From Paramecium tetraurelia (taxonomy: Eukaryota), in contig CT868318.1 of assembly GCA_000165425.1 (NCBI GenBank), positions 253,939 through 273,938 on the forward strand: DNA of 20,000 nucleotides, written 5' to 3'. Within the stretch, counting starts at the first letter, position 1. Every line of letters begins with the position of its first letter. Both the position numbers and the translations under genes were made by a program. The notes beneath the pieces are model-generated. The model was given only the letters and a program-made list of their open reading frames with translations. It was not told the origin of the DNA and did not search any database. This document shows positions 1 to 10,808 of this stretch, one piece after another.

Positions 1-619
1 TACTTCATCTTAGAGCAGCCAGGAATGTAATTTTGATAGAAAAAAACTATCAGCAATTGTTGAAGAAATGAAAAACGTAATATCTATTTTGGGGTTGAAT
101 GAAGATTTATTAAAAATTGCAATACAACTATTTTAACCTCAATTGTTGTCTGAACTCAAATAAAAAAAATACACACCTATCGCTATAGCCATTGCAGGGT
201 TAATTGCTGTCATAAAATTAACGTGCATCCCTATTACTCAAAAAAAAATTTTTGCTAAAATTTCAGTTTCAAAATATTTAATCAAAAAAATATTGCTCAA
301 AATCCGAAACAATAATAAATTTGAGTCTGTTGTTTAAATTTTTATTAAAACCATCTCATATAATTTGGGATTTAATGAAAGATTCATAAAATTCTGTGTT
401 CAAATTTTTAAGAAAATTCAATAGAATAATTTAATTCAAAAAGAACGTGAGAATGTAATTGCAGCTGCAATTGTCAAGTATAGTGGAGACATAATTTTTA
501 CTCATAGAGGTGGGATCAGACCATCAGTGATTGCTCAATAAGCAAAATGTAGTATTGGTACATTTAAGATGTTTTACAAAAAGATATATGAAAAATTCTC
601 ATTTTTAAGTAAAAACTGA
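1..619 (+). CDS. TFIIB/BRF-like cyclin-fold transcription initiation factor, divergent; 5' end lies outside the window
   Basis: Frame starting at base 2 is open in the ciliate code to TGA at 617-619. It has two helical repeats resembling TFIIB cyclin folds: ...EMKNVISILGLNEDLLKIAIQLF...YTPIAIAIAGLIAVIKLTCIPITQKKIFAKISVSK... and ...FIKTISYNLGFNERFIKFCVQILKKIQ...RENVIAAAIVKYSG...IRPSVIAQQAKCSIGTFKMFYKKIYE. Family assigned from motif pattern only. Confidence 0.65.
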
Positions 620-674
620 TTGTTTAATCATGATTTCATTAAGTTTATTTATATTTTTTATTTAAATATATCAA

Positions 675-2239
675 TCAATCACTTTCATGGCATAATTTTA
701 GAAACTTATTGTATTTAACAATTTTTTCATATTTAATAGGTGGGCCAATATTAATATTAGAATTAGGAAGGGAAAACTAATTTATAAAATAAAAGTACAG
801 CAACATCTATGAAGTAAGAGTCTTCAGTATCTACAAGTGAATCCCCAATAATAAATTGTAATGTAGATTTCTAATATTTAATTTAATATTACTTTTGAAA
901 TCAAATAGCTCAGATGATTTTATAACTCTGTAAACGTATTGTATTCATAAAGAGGCTTATAAATGTAATCTATATTTATTCTTTCGTTATTCATCTGGTT
1001 TATCTACTACTCACTCAATTCTGGATTTGTTTATAAAGTCAACACTTCACAATGCTTCTTTGCCTTTTCAATATTTGAATATAATCTTCTGCTTCCTAAT
1101 TTAACCTTAGAGTCTTTAAATTTATTAGTAATTTTAGTCCACCCCACAATATCAGAATGATGAATAGGATCCTCCAAATAAACTATATTTGGTTTTTCTT
1201 GACATAATTTGAAATAATAATCTATCAATTAATCTGCATCTAATAATTTCTTTGGATTGTCTAAGTCGTATTTCTTTTCTTCAGGAACATAAAATAGTTC
1301 AGCTAACCAAACCAAACCTAGCTAAACTTAATCCTTCAATTATGCTGCATCTATTGCTTATTCTATGATCTTCAGATTATCTGGAATTGTATCACCAGGA
1401 CATATAAAAGTTCCATCTTAATAATATTAAAGGCCAGCTTCTCCTTTTTTTCCTGAAATAATAGTTTTTTTGACATTGTTAACAACATTCTAGATTTTTT
1501 GCACTGCTCCTTCTCCATCACAGATTAATAAAAACTTATAAATTTTACACTTAGAACCCACTAATTTACTGCCTTATAGTAGATTGAGAAAAATCTTAGG
1601 TGTTTTAGCTTCTTAGGTGTTAAATTATTAGCAAAGTAATTTTGATAAACTTTAATTCATAAAGTGAGCATGTAAAGGAAGTAAACTAAAAGAAATTTAT
1701 TGAATAACGTTAATACGATTCTAGAATAGATGAGATTGCATACTGGATGTTCAGTAAGATATTTCAATAAATTATCATCAACCTATTTTTAATCTTTTGA
1801 CTTTTTTCCTCTTAATTAGAGAGAAACCTTTTCTATCTCTTAGATTGCTTACTTCATGTTTTTCTATTCGTCGTCACTTAAATTTAACATTAATCATACT
1901 AAAATATCTCTTATTCTGAGAAAGCCTAAGAAAAGTAAAGTGGGGAATTGAAATGAAGTTTCTGGTTTTTGAATTAGACTGTGAATATCAATTGGATAGT
2001 TGATTTTAACTCATTGTTTAAGACTTCTAAACCAGTAATTTTGTCTAATTCAATCACAGGAGTTGATAACTGAATCTAAAATAATAAGTTACTTTTCCAA
2101 AATATTGAGATAATGTCGTATAGGGATCGGCTGGTTTTTAGGAGAGGATTGTGTTGACTGCATCCTTAATGATATCCTCAATTTTGTATTGTTCAATATA
2201 TGCCTTCACTTCTGGAGGGATGTATGGTGATTTAGACAT
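675..2239 (-). CDS. Enolase-fold protein (ENO4-like, probably catalytically inactive) with N-terminal Dpy-30/RIIa-like docking motif, ~483 aa
   Basis: ATG 2239, TGA 675-677. Five introns (2070-2092, 1877-1899, 1686-1708, 871-892, 777-798; 22-23 nt) give a continuous frame. Collinear enolase motifs: ITGLEVLNNELKSTIQL (cf. IHAREIFDSRGNPTVEV), PKIFLNLLQGS (PVPAFNVINGG), KKYDLD, IVYLEDP, DTEDSYFIDVA (ETEDTFIADL), IGPPIKYEKIVKYNKFLKL (TGAPCRSERLAKYNQLLRI). N-terminus: EVKAYIEQYKIEDIIKDAVNTILSQKPADPYTTLSQYF. Confidence 0.85.
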
Positions 2240-2263
2240 TTAATAAATATAATTATAATCTAA

Positions 2264-3193
2264 TCAAAATCTCTTGCCACTTGATCCGAATGGAGATGGA
2301 AATTCTTATTATTATTTTTGTTTCGGTTTTTATTATGTGAACGATTAATCAACGTCATAACTACCAACTCCAGGAAAATTCAGGAATTTATCTTCCCTTT
2401 TGCTATATTTATCAAGTGAAATAACTCCAATGGCTTTAGATTTTGTTTTAATATCATAAGCACCTACACTAGGACCTGCATCTTACTGTTATTAACTAAA
2501 TCTCTTGGCAGTTGAAGAGAAGCACTAGAATCTCCAAGGTATTTTTTCTACCTTTATCGAGGAACCATTAAACTCATTGTAATATGCTCCAGGAGGAGGT
2601 ACTGGTTTATCCTTCATTTTTTCTCTTTGTTATGCCAACTCCAAACTGTCAGATGGAAATAAAGAAAATATATTCCTGTGTGCTCAATAGTAAAAATGAG
2701 TAATCATACTTTTAGGTTTTCTTCTTTTGGGCAGTCCTGTCATAGGGGTTTGAGCTCTTGAGTTGTAATATCCTTAGACTTATAATTAGGTGGATTCTTC
2801 AATTGAATTTTCTTAATCTGTAATTTATTTCTGATAGACTATTTTGAGTCTCTTGCCTTTTTATCTAAGGGGCAAACTCTCGAAATTATTAATTGAAATG
2901 TCTGCATTTTAAGAGTAACTGAAGCTTCTTCTTTCTGGTTTCTTATATTTCTATTCAAACTTCAACCTTTCACCAGGTTTGGCATACGCTGATAATTAAG
3001 GACTTGCTAAGGAGACCCTTGGCAAATTGTTAGTGTTGTTTTAAGGACTTACATTTTACCTAGTATTTATGTTTCTAGCCAAGGATTTTGAAAAATCAAT
3101 TCCTTTAGCATTTTATTAATGGTTTATTTCGTAATGGCCAACAGGAGGATTGTAAGTAGGCTGAAAGCAAATCCGATCACTTTTTGAAAACAT
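2264..3193 (-). CDS. Sperm-tail PG-rich repeat (STPG/ODF3/SHIPPO-type) ciliary protein, ~300 aa
   Basis: ATG 3193, TGA 2264-2266, one 27-nt intron (2683-2709) containing an in-frame TGA. Four P-x-(P/V)-G-x-Y repeats: NPPVGHYE, VPPPGAYY, GPSVGAYD, FPGVGSYD, followed by F-x-S/K..R-F-type motifs (FSSTAKRF, FGSSGKRF). Confidence 0.75.
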
Positions 3194-3212
3194 TATTATT
3201 TTATTATAATAA
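3194..3212. promoter_or_regulatory. 19-bp divergent intergenic spacer (putative bidirectional promoter/5' UTRs)
   Basis: All-A/T 19-mer between the minus-strand ATG at 3193 and the plus-strand ATG at 3213. Regulatory role inferred from position only. Confidence 0.5.
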
Positions 3213-3678
3213 ATGTTAGGTTTTATATTACTTTTACTAGTTTAAGCTCAAATTAGAAAATATGATTGGATCAACAATTACTTCGCATTACAATGCACAT
3301 GTTTAAGTGAATGTTGCATATATGGTTCATTTATTTTAAAAAACGACAAAGTTATGAATACAAATTTCGTATAGATAGATGCTAAATTATAAGGATCAGG
3401 ATGTACTCAATATACTGTTGAAGATGTATTTACAATCATTTTACAATAAGGTCATATGTACTCTAGAATCACCTACTGATGTTCAAACTACATTGAGTTG
3501 CCCACTGTAAGGTTGGGAATGGTTAGTCTCGAGGGACAGCAATACTGGATCAATATATTGGACGGATAACAATAATTGCCAAGGAGTTTGGAATGTAATC
3601 GATTTGTCTGCCAATTCAGTGGTTTATATTTTCAGCCCTATTATTTTGGTTGGAACAATCATCTATCATTTGTTATGA
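3213..3678 (+). CDS. Small Cys-rich secreted, probably GPI-anchored surface protein, ~146 aa, unknown function
   Basis: ATG 3213, 25-nt intron 3426-3450, TGA 3676-3678. Signal-peptide-like start MLGFILLLLVQA, a CTCLSECC motif plus further Cys, and a hydrophobic C-terminus SANSVVYIFSPIILVGTIIYHLL with no cytosolic tail. Confidence 0.75.
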
Positions 3679-3860
3679 TTTCATTATACATAGTTTTCAA
3701 GCTATTCATTGCACTTTTGATAATTATATATTTTATAATTCTTATACCTCTTCACTTAATCATTTGAATATTATATATAGTTATATTGAAGATAGCTTAG
3801 TAATTATAAATAGTATAATAATAAAGTGCAAATAAATACAAATATTTTACAATAAAATTT

Positions 3861-5327
3861 ATGTCTGAAATAGAGCAGCTAACTAAATAAAAAGAAGAAA
3901 TTGAAGCCAGTTAGGCAACTCTTAAAATTTGGTGTTCTTTGAAAAAGAATCTAACTTAAAAATTTAAGAATCCTTCTGAAGCTTTTAAAGCATTAAAAAA
4001 AGAAGGAAAAGAAACATTATCAGTAGAAGATTTTGCAGAATTTTCAAAAGGATTAGATTTGTAAATATTAACCTTATATTTAGAACAACTGTATTTAAAG
4101 ATACAACTCTTAACGAGGAAAACTTCATCAAATGTTGGGAACAATGGGAATATTAAGCAAAATAAAATGAACATAGATTATAAATGATTGAGGAGAAATT
4201 GGAATTATTAAATATTTTGGAACAAAAAGACAAAGATGGTATTAAATAATTAGAAGCTTAGAAGAATAAAAAAATATTAAATATTATCCAAAATTGTGAT
4301 AATTTAGATTAATTACAAGAAAAGTTGGATACTTTAGTTTAAGGAGGTTAATAATAACAAAAAGAAAAAACTGATATAATCTAAAATGAATCTGAGTGTT
4401 TCAATAAAATTTTATAAAAGAAATCTGAAATCAAGCCATCTGAGTTATCAATTAGCAAATTACAATAAAAATAAAATCCTGAAGCATCTGAGGATAGTTA
4501 AATCTAAAACAAGAAAAAGAAAGTCAGCTACTTAGATGGATCCACTAATGCATTATAAAAAAGCAAAATCAATTTGAATATTTCCAGTTCCCAATTACAA
4601 ACAAGTCGACTATCGGCAGCCAATTAAAACAAATAATCCTTTATATATGAATCCTAAGTCTAGATATCTCCTACGAAAGGATAACAGTTTCTCAAGAATC
4701 CACCAATTACTTAATAACAACAATTGAAGAGTCCAAATGAAGAGAGGGAAAGCGAAAGAAGGTCTCATAAATCAAATAGAATGAGAGGAGATCTATAATC
4801 ATATATTTCAGAGCTATTTCACAATGAGAGAGAATAATCATTAAGATAAGAACCAAGATTTACTAGAGAAATCGATAGACCATCATATTCTAGTGATTAA
4901 AAAGGCCTTTCTGGATTCCCAAATTTTAGAAAATATTTCAAAAATCAGTAATAACAAAGAGAACCTTAGTAATTAGAACCTGAATCTACTAATATATCCA
5001 AAAGACTCTAAAACATTAGGTATTGAAAACAATTAAATAAGATATAAATTAGATGATTTTTAGAACCAGAAACTTACTCAATATAGAACTAAACCTTAAA
5101 CACTTTAGGATTGGAGTCCAGAGAAACCCATTAGACTTTCTTAACAAAAACCTAAATAAGGAAGCAGGAGATCTAGTCCTTAATACACTCCTGGAAATAC
5201 ACATAGACTAAATCTTGATAAGCTAAGACAAGAAAAGCAATAGAATTAAGGTTCTGGATAATAAGAGCAAAATGGAGCTGAATCAGGCTTTCTGAACATG
5301 GAATAATTGAATCAAACCTTGAAATGA
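3861..5327 (+). CDS. Hypothetical protein, ~473 aa, with a degenerate N-terminal EF-hand-like region, coiled coil and Q/S-rich disordered tail
   Basis: ATG 3861, introns 4061-4083 (23 nt) and 5020-5041 (22 nt), TGA 5325-5327. FKNPSEAFKALKKEGKETLSVEDFAEF resembles an EF-hand helix-loop-helix lacking the acidic ligands. Confidence 0.75.
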
Positions 5328-5451
5328 GAACCATAGGCTAATGCTTGATATATTATGAATAGACGATACAAGATAATAACAATAATATTAAAATTATATA
5401 GTTTCTTGTTTTGATTAATATTATGCTGTTCTTTTTTAGCTGAATATGTTT

Positions 5452-6021
5452 TCAATATTCATATGTCTTATTTCCAATATAGAAATCCTTTAAGAATTCG
5501 CTCTTTCCTTTAAGCTTTTAATTTTCCAAGTAAGAGTATCCTGCATCAGATCTGTTTTAATTAGAAAAATATTGGAATAAATGATCTCTATTCAACATAT
5601 GCCATTCTGCTTGGTAGAGTAATTCATAGCCACGATACACCTATATTTGTAGAAATGCATCATACCCATCTATCAACAGCATCGGGATCTCTTAGGTATG
5701 CTCTCTTTCTGATTACATTAGCAACATTAACCATTGCCTATTATGAATTGCAAGTGACTTCCATATCATGAATTCTTAATAAAAATGGAATAAGTCGACA
5801 CACTTTTCTATAGAATCTCAACACTTTGAAATGGGCTTAAATAATGTTTTTAGAAGGTCTTCCAGTTGTTAAACCTTCAAAGATTTCATTCCCTCTCATT
5901 GTTATGTTGTTACCACCATATTACTAATTTATTAAACATAATTTACCTTTCCTCTAGCACCATGTGTACCAATTTCTGGGAAGAGATTCAAATTGCCTTG
6001 AAAGTTTTAATTTTAATTCAT
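5452..6021 (-). CDS. NDUFA6: NADH:ubiquinone oxidoreductase accessory subunit NDUFA6/B14 (LYR family), ~173 aa
   Basis: ATG 6021, introns 5924-5946 and 5641-5665, TGA 5452-5454. Motifs AHFKVLRFYRKVCRLIPFLLRIHDM, IRKRAYLRDPDAVDRWVYRGYELL, HLFQYF and C-terminal KSEFLKDFYIG follow the NDUFA6 pattern. Confidence 0.85.
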
Positions 6022-6285
6022 TTATTTATATTATCTTAAGAATAAAACAAATTTATTAACATATGAATATATTACTCAAAATATCTAATATAGATTCTCT
6101 TTCTGCTGAAATTCTTAACTAATTCATGCACAATTCAATAACTTTTATGATTATTATAGTGAATTTTCAAATGTGTAGTGATCATCACTTAATTCAACTC
6201 ACTAGATCTGAATCAACGACTGATTTTTCAATTTGTTATTTGTTAACAGAATATTGATATTAAAATTTATATTAATAAAATACAA

Positions 6286-8133
6286 ATGGAAAATAATTAA
6301 GAAGGAAATAATCATAATGAAACTGAAGAAGAACATTAAGAAAATGAACTTTAAGAAACTGAAAAAAATGGTTAATAATAAAATACCAACCCTAGGCCAT
6401 AAGAAAATTCCCCTTAAAAATAAAATAGGGAGTAGCAAAATTATAAATAGCAATAAGAAAGTAATCCTGAAGTCGAAGAGTAATATGATGAGGAGGATAT
6501 CGATGCTAGTTCATTTACTCCTAGAATGAAAGATGCATGCAAAAGGGAAGGATTTAAGAAGGAGGACTTAATATAGAAAGGCAAAGACCTGATTAGATTT
6601 ATGCTGAAATAAAAAGATCCATCAGGTAATGAACTTTGATTTTCTAAAGGCTAATTGGCAAACGAGGATGTTATATCAATGGTATTCGATCATTTTGAGG
6701 AAAAACGCCGACAGAAGATATAAGTTGTACGTCAGATGAGACAAAAAATCTTGTAGGAGGAATCGCAAGGACTATGGCCAAGTCAGATGTCTAACTCTAG
6801 TGTCTTCAGGAGCACTTCATCTTTAGCTGAAAAACGAGAGAAACTGTTGAACAGTATTCGCAAAAGGTAAGAATTAGAAATAGAAAAAATAATTAATTCA
6901 GAATGGAAAATGGAGGAGCTGGCTAGAAATAATGTTGAAAAAGAAAAAAGAATTCAAGAAAAAGAGAAATAGAGAGAATTGAAAGTCTAATGGTTAAAAG
7001 AGCAAGCAGAAAAAAAGAGATTATAACAAGAAGAGGAAAGAAGAAAGAAGGAGGAAGAAGAAAAGAGAATTTAATTAGAATTGGAAGAGCAATACAGAAT
7101 TAAAGATTAAAAAAGGAAATAGAGAGAAGAAGAATTAGAGAGAAGGAGAAAGGAGGAAAATAAATTAAAAGAAGAATAAAGAATAGAAAAATAAAAAAAA
7201 ATTTAATAAGATAGAGAATAATTCTTATAACGTTAATAAGAAGTTTAAGATATTAGATTAAAAGAGTTATAAGATAAAGATTTAAGAAGGTCATAAAAAT
7301 TTGAAGATGAAAGAATCAAAAGGATGGAGAAAGCAGAATAAGAGAGATTGGAATAAGAGGCTAAATTAGAATAGGTTAGAAAATTAAATGAAGAATAATT
7401 AAATAAAAAGAGATTAGATTATGAAGAGAAACAAAAATTTGTTGAGTAATAAAGACAATTATTTGAATCTTAATAATAAGAATATAAAAAATAGAAAGAG
7501 AAGGAAGGAGAAATGAAATAAGAAGAAATAAACAAGGTTATTAAATAAAATGAAGAATAAATGAGAAAAAAAGTCTTGGATTATGAAAAAAAACAATAAG
7601 AATTGTAATTAAAAAAGAAAAAGTTAGAAGAAGAATAAAAATTCTTATAAATAGAGAAATAGAAACAATATTACTAGAAAGAAAGAAAGATTCAAGATGT
7701 CTTAATTAGAAATGAATAATAGGCTGAATAACACAAAAAAGAATTACTAAAAAAATTAGATTAAGCTAAAGTTAAATGTGAGAAAATTGAAAAAGAGAAA
7801 TAAGAAGAATTAACAAGAAAATTAGCATTTGCTTTTATTAAAGAATTAGATAAATAAGATAATTTACAAAGACGTGAATAATTAGATGAACTCAGAAAAG
7901 AATAACTGGAGTAAAGAATCAAGCAAGATTTAATTAAAAGCTAGTAAATTTAACTGGAGAAAGAACATTTAATTAAGATGAGTGAATAATTAAGAAAAGA
8001 AGCAGAAGAAAAGAGGCAATAATAACTGTTAGAAATAGAAAAAGAAAAAAAGAAGAAACATTCAATGAATTCTCACCGAATCGTAACTGATATGAGTAAA
8101 TCTAAATTATCGAATCGTGGAGGTGAAGAATGA
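6286..8133 (+). CDS. Long E/K/Q/R-rich coiled-coil protein, ~607 aa, unknown function
   Basis: ATG 6286, 24-nt intron 6626-6649 containing an in-frame TGA, stop 8131-8133. Acidic N/Q/E-rich N-terminus, then TPRMKDACKREGFKKEDL and VFDHFEEKRRQKIQ, then extended charged helical sequence. Confidence 0.8.
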
Positions 8134-8651
8134 ATATTAAATATTAAATCATCATAATTAATATATATTAATTTTAATTGTAATTAGTTATTAAACATAT
8201 TGTAGTGCTAATATTTACTAGTATTAATCTAAATAAGATACATGATTTTATTATTTTACAATTTATACAACTTTTTTAAAATTATTAATCATCAAATAAT
8301 TTATTTTGGTTTGATGATTTAACATCAACTTTATTAATTATAAATTTTCTAGTCCTTCTTTCCTAAGATAATCTGCTATTAACGATATAGTATTAAATAT
8401 GATGTGTATTGTAAATTCATCTATTTTCAAATAAGAAAAGGTTATTTTAAACGAAAATAATATTAAAAGCTTGGAAGTTTTTAATTTTGAGAATCTACCA
8501 AAAATGTAGAAAATGGATAAGTTTAGCATAGAAACTAAAATAAAAAACAAAACAGATGGCAATGTACTATGAGTTTTGAAATAAGAAAGTTTTGACATCA
8601 TTGGAGATTACTATTGTTTTAAGAGCAATATTAAAATTCTTAAAAAAATTA

Positions 8652-9209
8652 ATGAATCGTTAAACTAGTTAGCTCTCCCATAATTCCTCGACTTAGTTAT
8701 TCTATTCACAATATTTAAAGCAACAACAAATAAGTCCGATTGCTGAAAGATTTAGTGGGGATGAAGTTTCTGAGCTTAGAATGAAAGTTGATTAACTTAC
8801 GAAATAATTAGAGTTTAAAGAGAAGATGATAAGTGAGATGAGGGCTCATTAAAAACAATTGATGAATCGCTTACCTGAACCGAAGCAATTTCAATAAGAC
8901 AATTTTACAGAGAGATTAAAAGAATTTGAATAAAAAATGAAAGAGAAGGAGGTGTAATTTCAAAATTAATTGATTGAAAGTAGTTTGCTGATGAAAGAAA
9001 ACCAGAGTTTAAAACAAGAGATTACACGCTTGGAAAACTGTATTAAAGATCCCTCAATACCAAAGTTCGTTAATTCAATAGTTGATCTGGTAATTCAATG
9101 TCATCCAATAAATCATTTTCCTGCCTCGAAACCTGATTTGAGACAATGCTGGAGATGGCTGAAAAAGATTCTTAATGATTACATACAACTAAAGTAGCAA
9201 AAGCATTGA
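8652..9209 (+). CDS. Hypothetical coiled-coil protein, ~185 aa, with a C-terminal globular motif (PDLRQCWRWLKKILNDYIQLK)
   Basis: Open frame in the ciliate code from ATG 8652 to TGA 9207-9209, containing the track ORF 8970-9197. The start may extend upstream (see finding at 8399-8651). Confidence 0.75.
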
Positions 9210-9225
9210 TTATTTTATTAATATT

Positions 9226-10786
9226 ATGAATAAAGATGGACTTGAAACTAAATTGAATTTTCTCTAATAGGAAGTAAGATAACTTCAGGAAGAAAACAAA
9301 GAACTTCGATAATTACTCCAACTAAATAAGGAGGTAATTAAAATTCAAAAAGATTGTACATTTAATTCTGTACTTTTTGAAACCATATTTTAAGCAACCA
9401 AGCACAAATAATAGCAGAAAAGAGGATATCTACACCAAATAATGTGAAAACAATTCTGAAAGAGGCTTCTAATCATTGTTTTCGCAATTGTACGAAGAAA
9501 ATAATTAATTGTATGCTCTTAATGAAGTAATTGCAAAATAAAGAGATGAAGCAAGGAGCTAAGTAAATGTTGTAGTTGATTAAAGGCTTTAATATTTGAG
9601 CAAATTTGTGAGGATTCAAATTAGCGCAATATGGAACTTCAATTAGAGAGACAGAATCAATTGTTAGATTTATAAAGAAAATTAAATGAAAAAGATCAAC
9701 AATTGATTTGTTTGACTGAGAAGCTGTTTGAGTTTCAGAGCAAAAAGAAGATCAAACAAAAGATAGTATAGAAATCCAAATATTAGTTTAAAGATGGTAT
9801 CCCCAACTGAAGATGTCTTTGCAGTACTGAATCAAATCGAGTAGATGAGAATGTTGATAGGCTAGTTGATTAAGGAGAATAAGTAACTAAGAGACGAGAA
9901 AAATAAGATACAAATTCTGATTGATGTTATGTAGAAGTAAGCACAACGAAACAAATCAGATTATACGCCTCCAATCCTGTCACCAGACAGAAGCAACGAT
10001 GAAAGTCCTAAAAATCAATACATTAAAGAAAATAAACAAGTATCCGGTGCTAAAGTAGATGAATCAAGTTACGTTGAAATATTGCCAGCGAAAGTGAACA
10101 TTTAATTTTAAAAAAATTCTAACATGTCTGTACCAAAGTTAGATTTGGCAAAGGCCTAAAAATTGCAATAGTTAAATATACAAAAGCAAGAGGAGATTGA
10201 AGAGAAAGAGGAGATAGAAATCAAGGCATTCAAACTTTAATAGTAAGTTAAAAACAATTAGCAGAAGGCTTAAACTCCATCTGCTGGCAATGCTTTGAAC
10301 ATGTTTGCCAGTCCTAACAAATTATGTGTCTAATTGAATTAGTTAAGTGACTAAAACAAATCATTATAAAAAGAACTGGCCTAATGTCGATAGAAATTAT
10401 AGGATGAAATTCTGCTCTCTAAAACTTTGGAAGATCAAGTGAGTGAGTTGGAAAGGAGAATATCAGATTTGGAAAGTGTTAATGAAATCTTAATCAATTC
10501 TTAAACTAAATACGAACAAAAATGGTAAAAGATACACTTATAATACATCACTTATAAAGAATATTTCGAAGCCCATGATTAAGTGTATGAAAGTGCAAGA
10601 GATAACAGATAAACTCTGTAAACTATGATGAGCCTGCCTATGTCAGCTAAGCATCGAAAATCAAATGTATCTCAAAATCTAAGGGAGATTGCCTACACTC
10701 TTTACAATAAATGCAAGATAGAGGAAAGACTCAAACAGATGGAATTTAAAAATGTATCAAACAAGAAGAGATCATCATCTCTTTGA
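9226..10786 (+). CDS. Hypothetical coiled-coil protein, ~494 aa
   Basis: ATG 9226, introns 9370-9394, 9563-9585 and 9766-9793 restore a continuous frame, TGA 10784-10786. Heptad-rich segments (LQQEVRQLQEENKELRQLLQLNKE) and a VPKLDL motif. Confidence 0.75.
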
Positions 10787-10808
10787 TATTTTTCAAATTA
10801 TTATAATT

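Noticed and set aside
3576..3835. Track ORFs 3576-3767 and 3650-3835 (+)
   Set aside because: They are out of frame with the 3213-3678 gene and run into AT-rich intergenic DNA. Their hydrophobicity reflects base composition.
3956..4174. Track ORF on the minus strand
   Set aside because: Antisense shadow of the 3861-5327 gene, running across its intron.
6063..6257. 64-aa ciliate-code ORF (MNILLKISNIDSLSAE...) between NDUFA6 and the coiled-coil gene
   Set aside because: With only one stop codon, ORFs of this length arise easily by chance, and it has no recognisable motif. It cannot be excluded as a microprotein or relic.
6202..6529. Track ORFs 6202-6453 (-) and 6233-6529 (+)
   Set aside because: Antisense and off-frame shadows of the low-complexity N-terminus of the 6286-8133 gene.
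6900..8060. Purine-rich GAA/AAA/TAA quasi-repetitive tract resembling a satellite or array
   Set aside because: Fully explained by E/K/Q/R codons of a charged coiled coil. No fixed repeat unit or spacer structure.
8338..8601. Track ORF on the minus strand (87 aa, F/I/L/K-rich)
   Set aside because: Composition typical of translated AT-rich non-coding DNA, with no recognisable motif.
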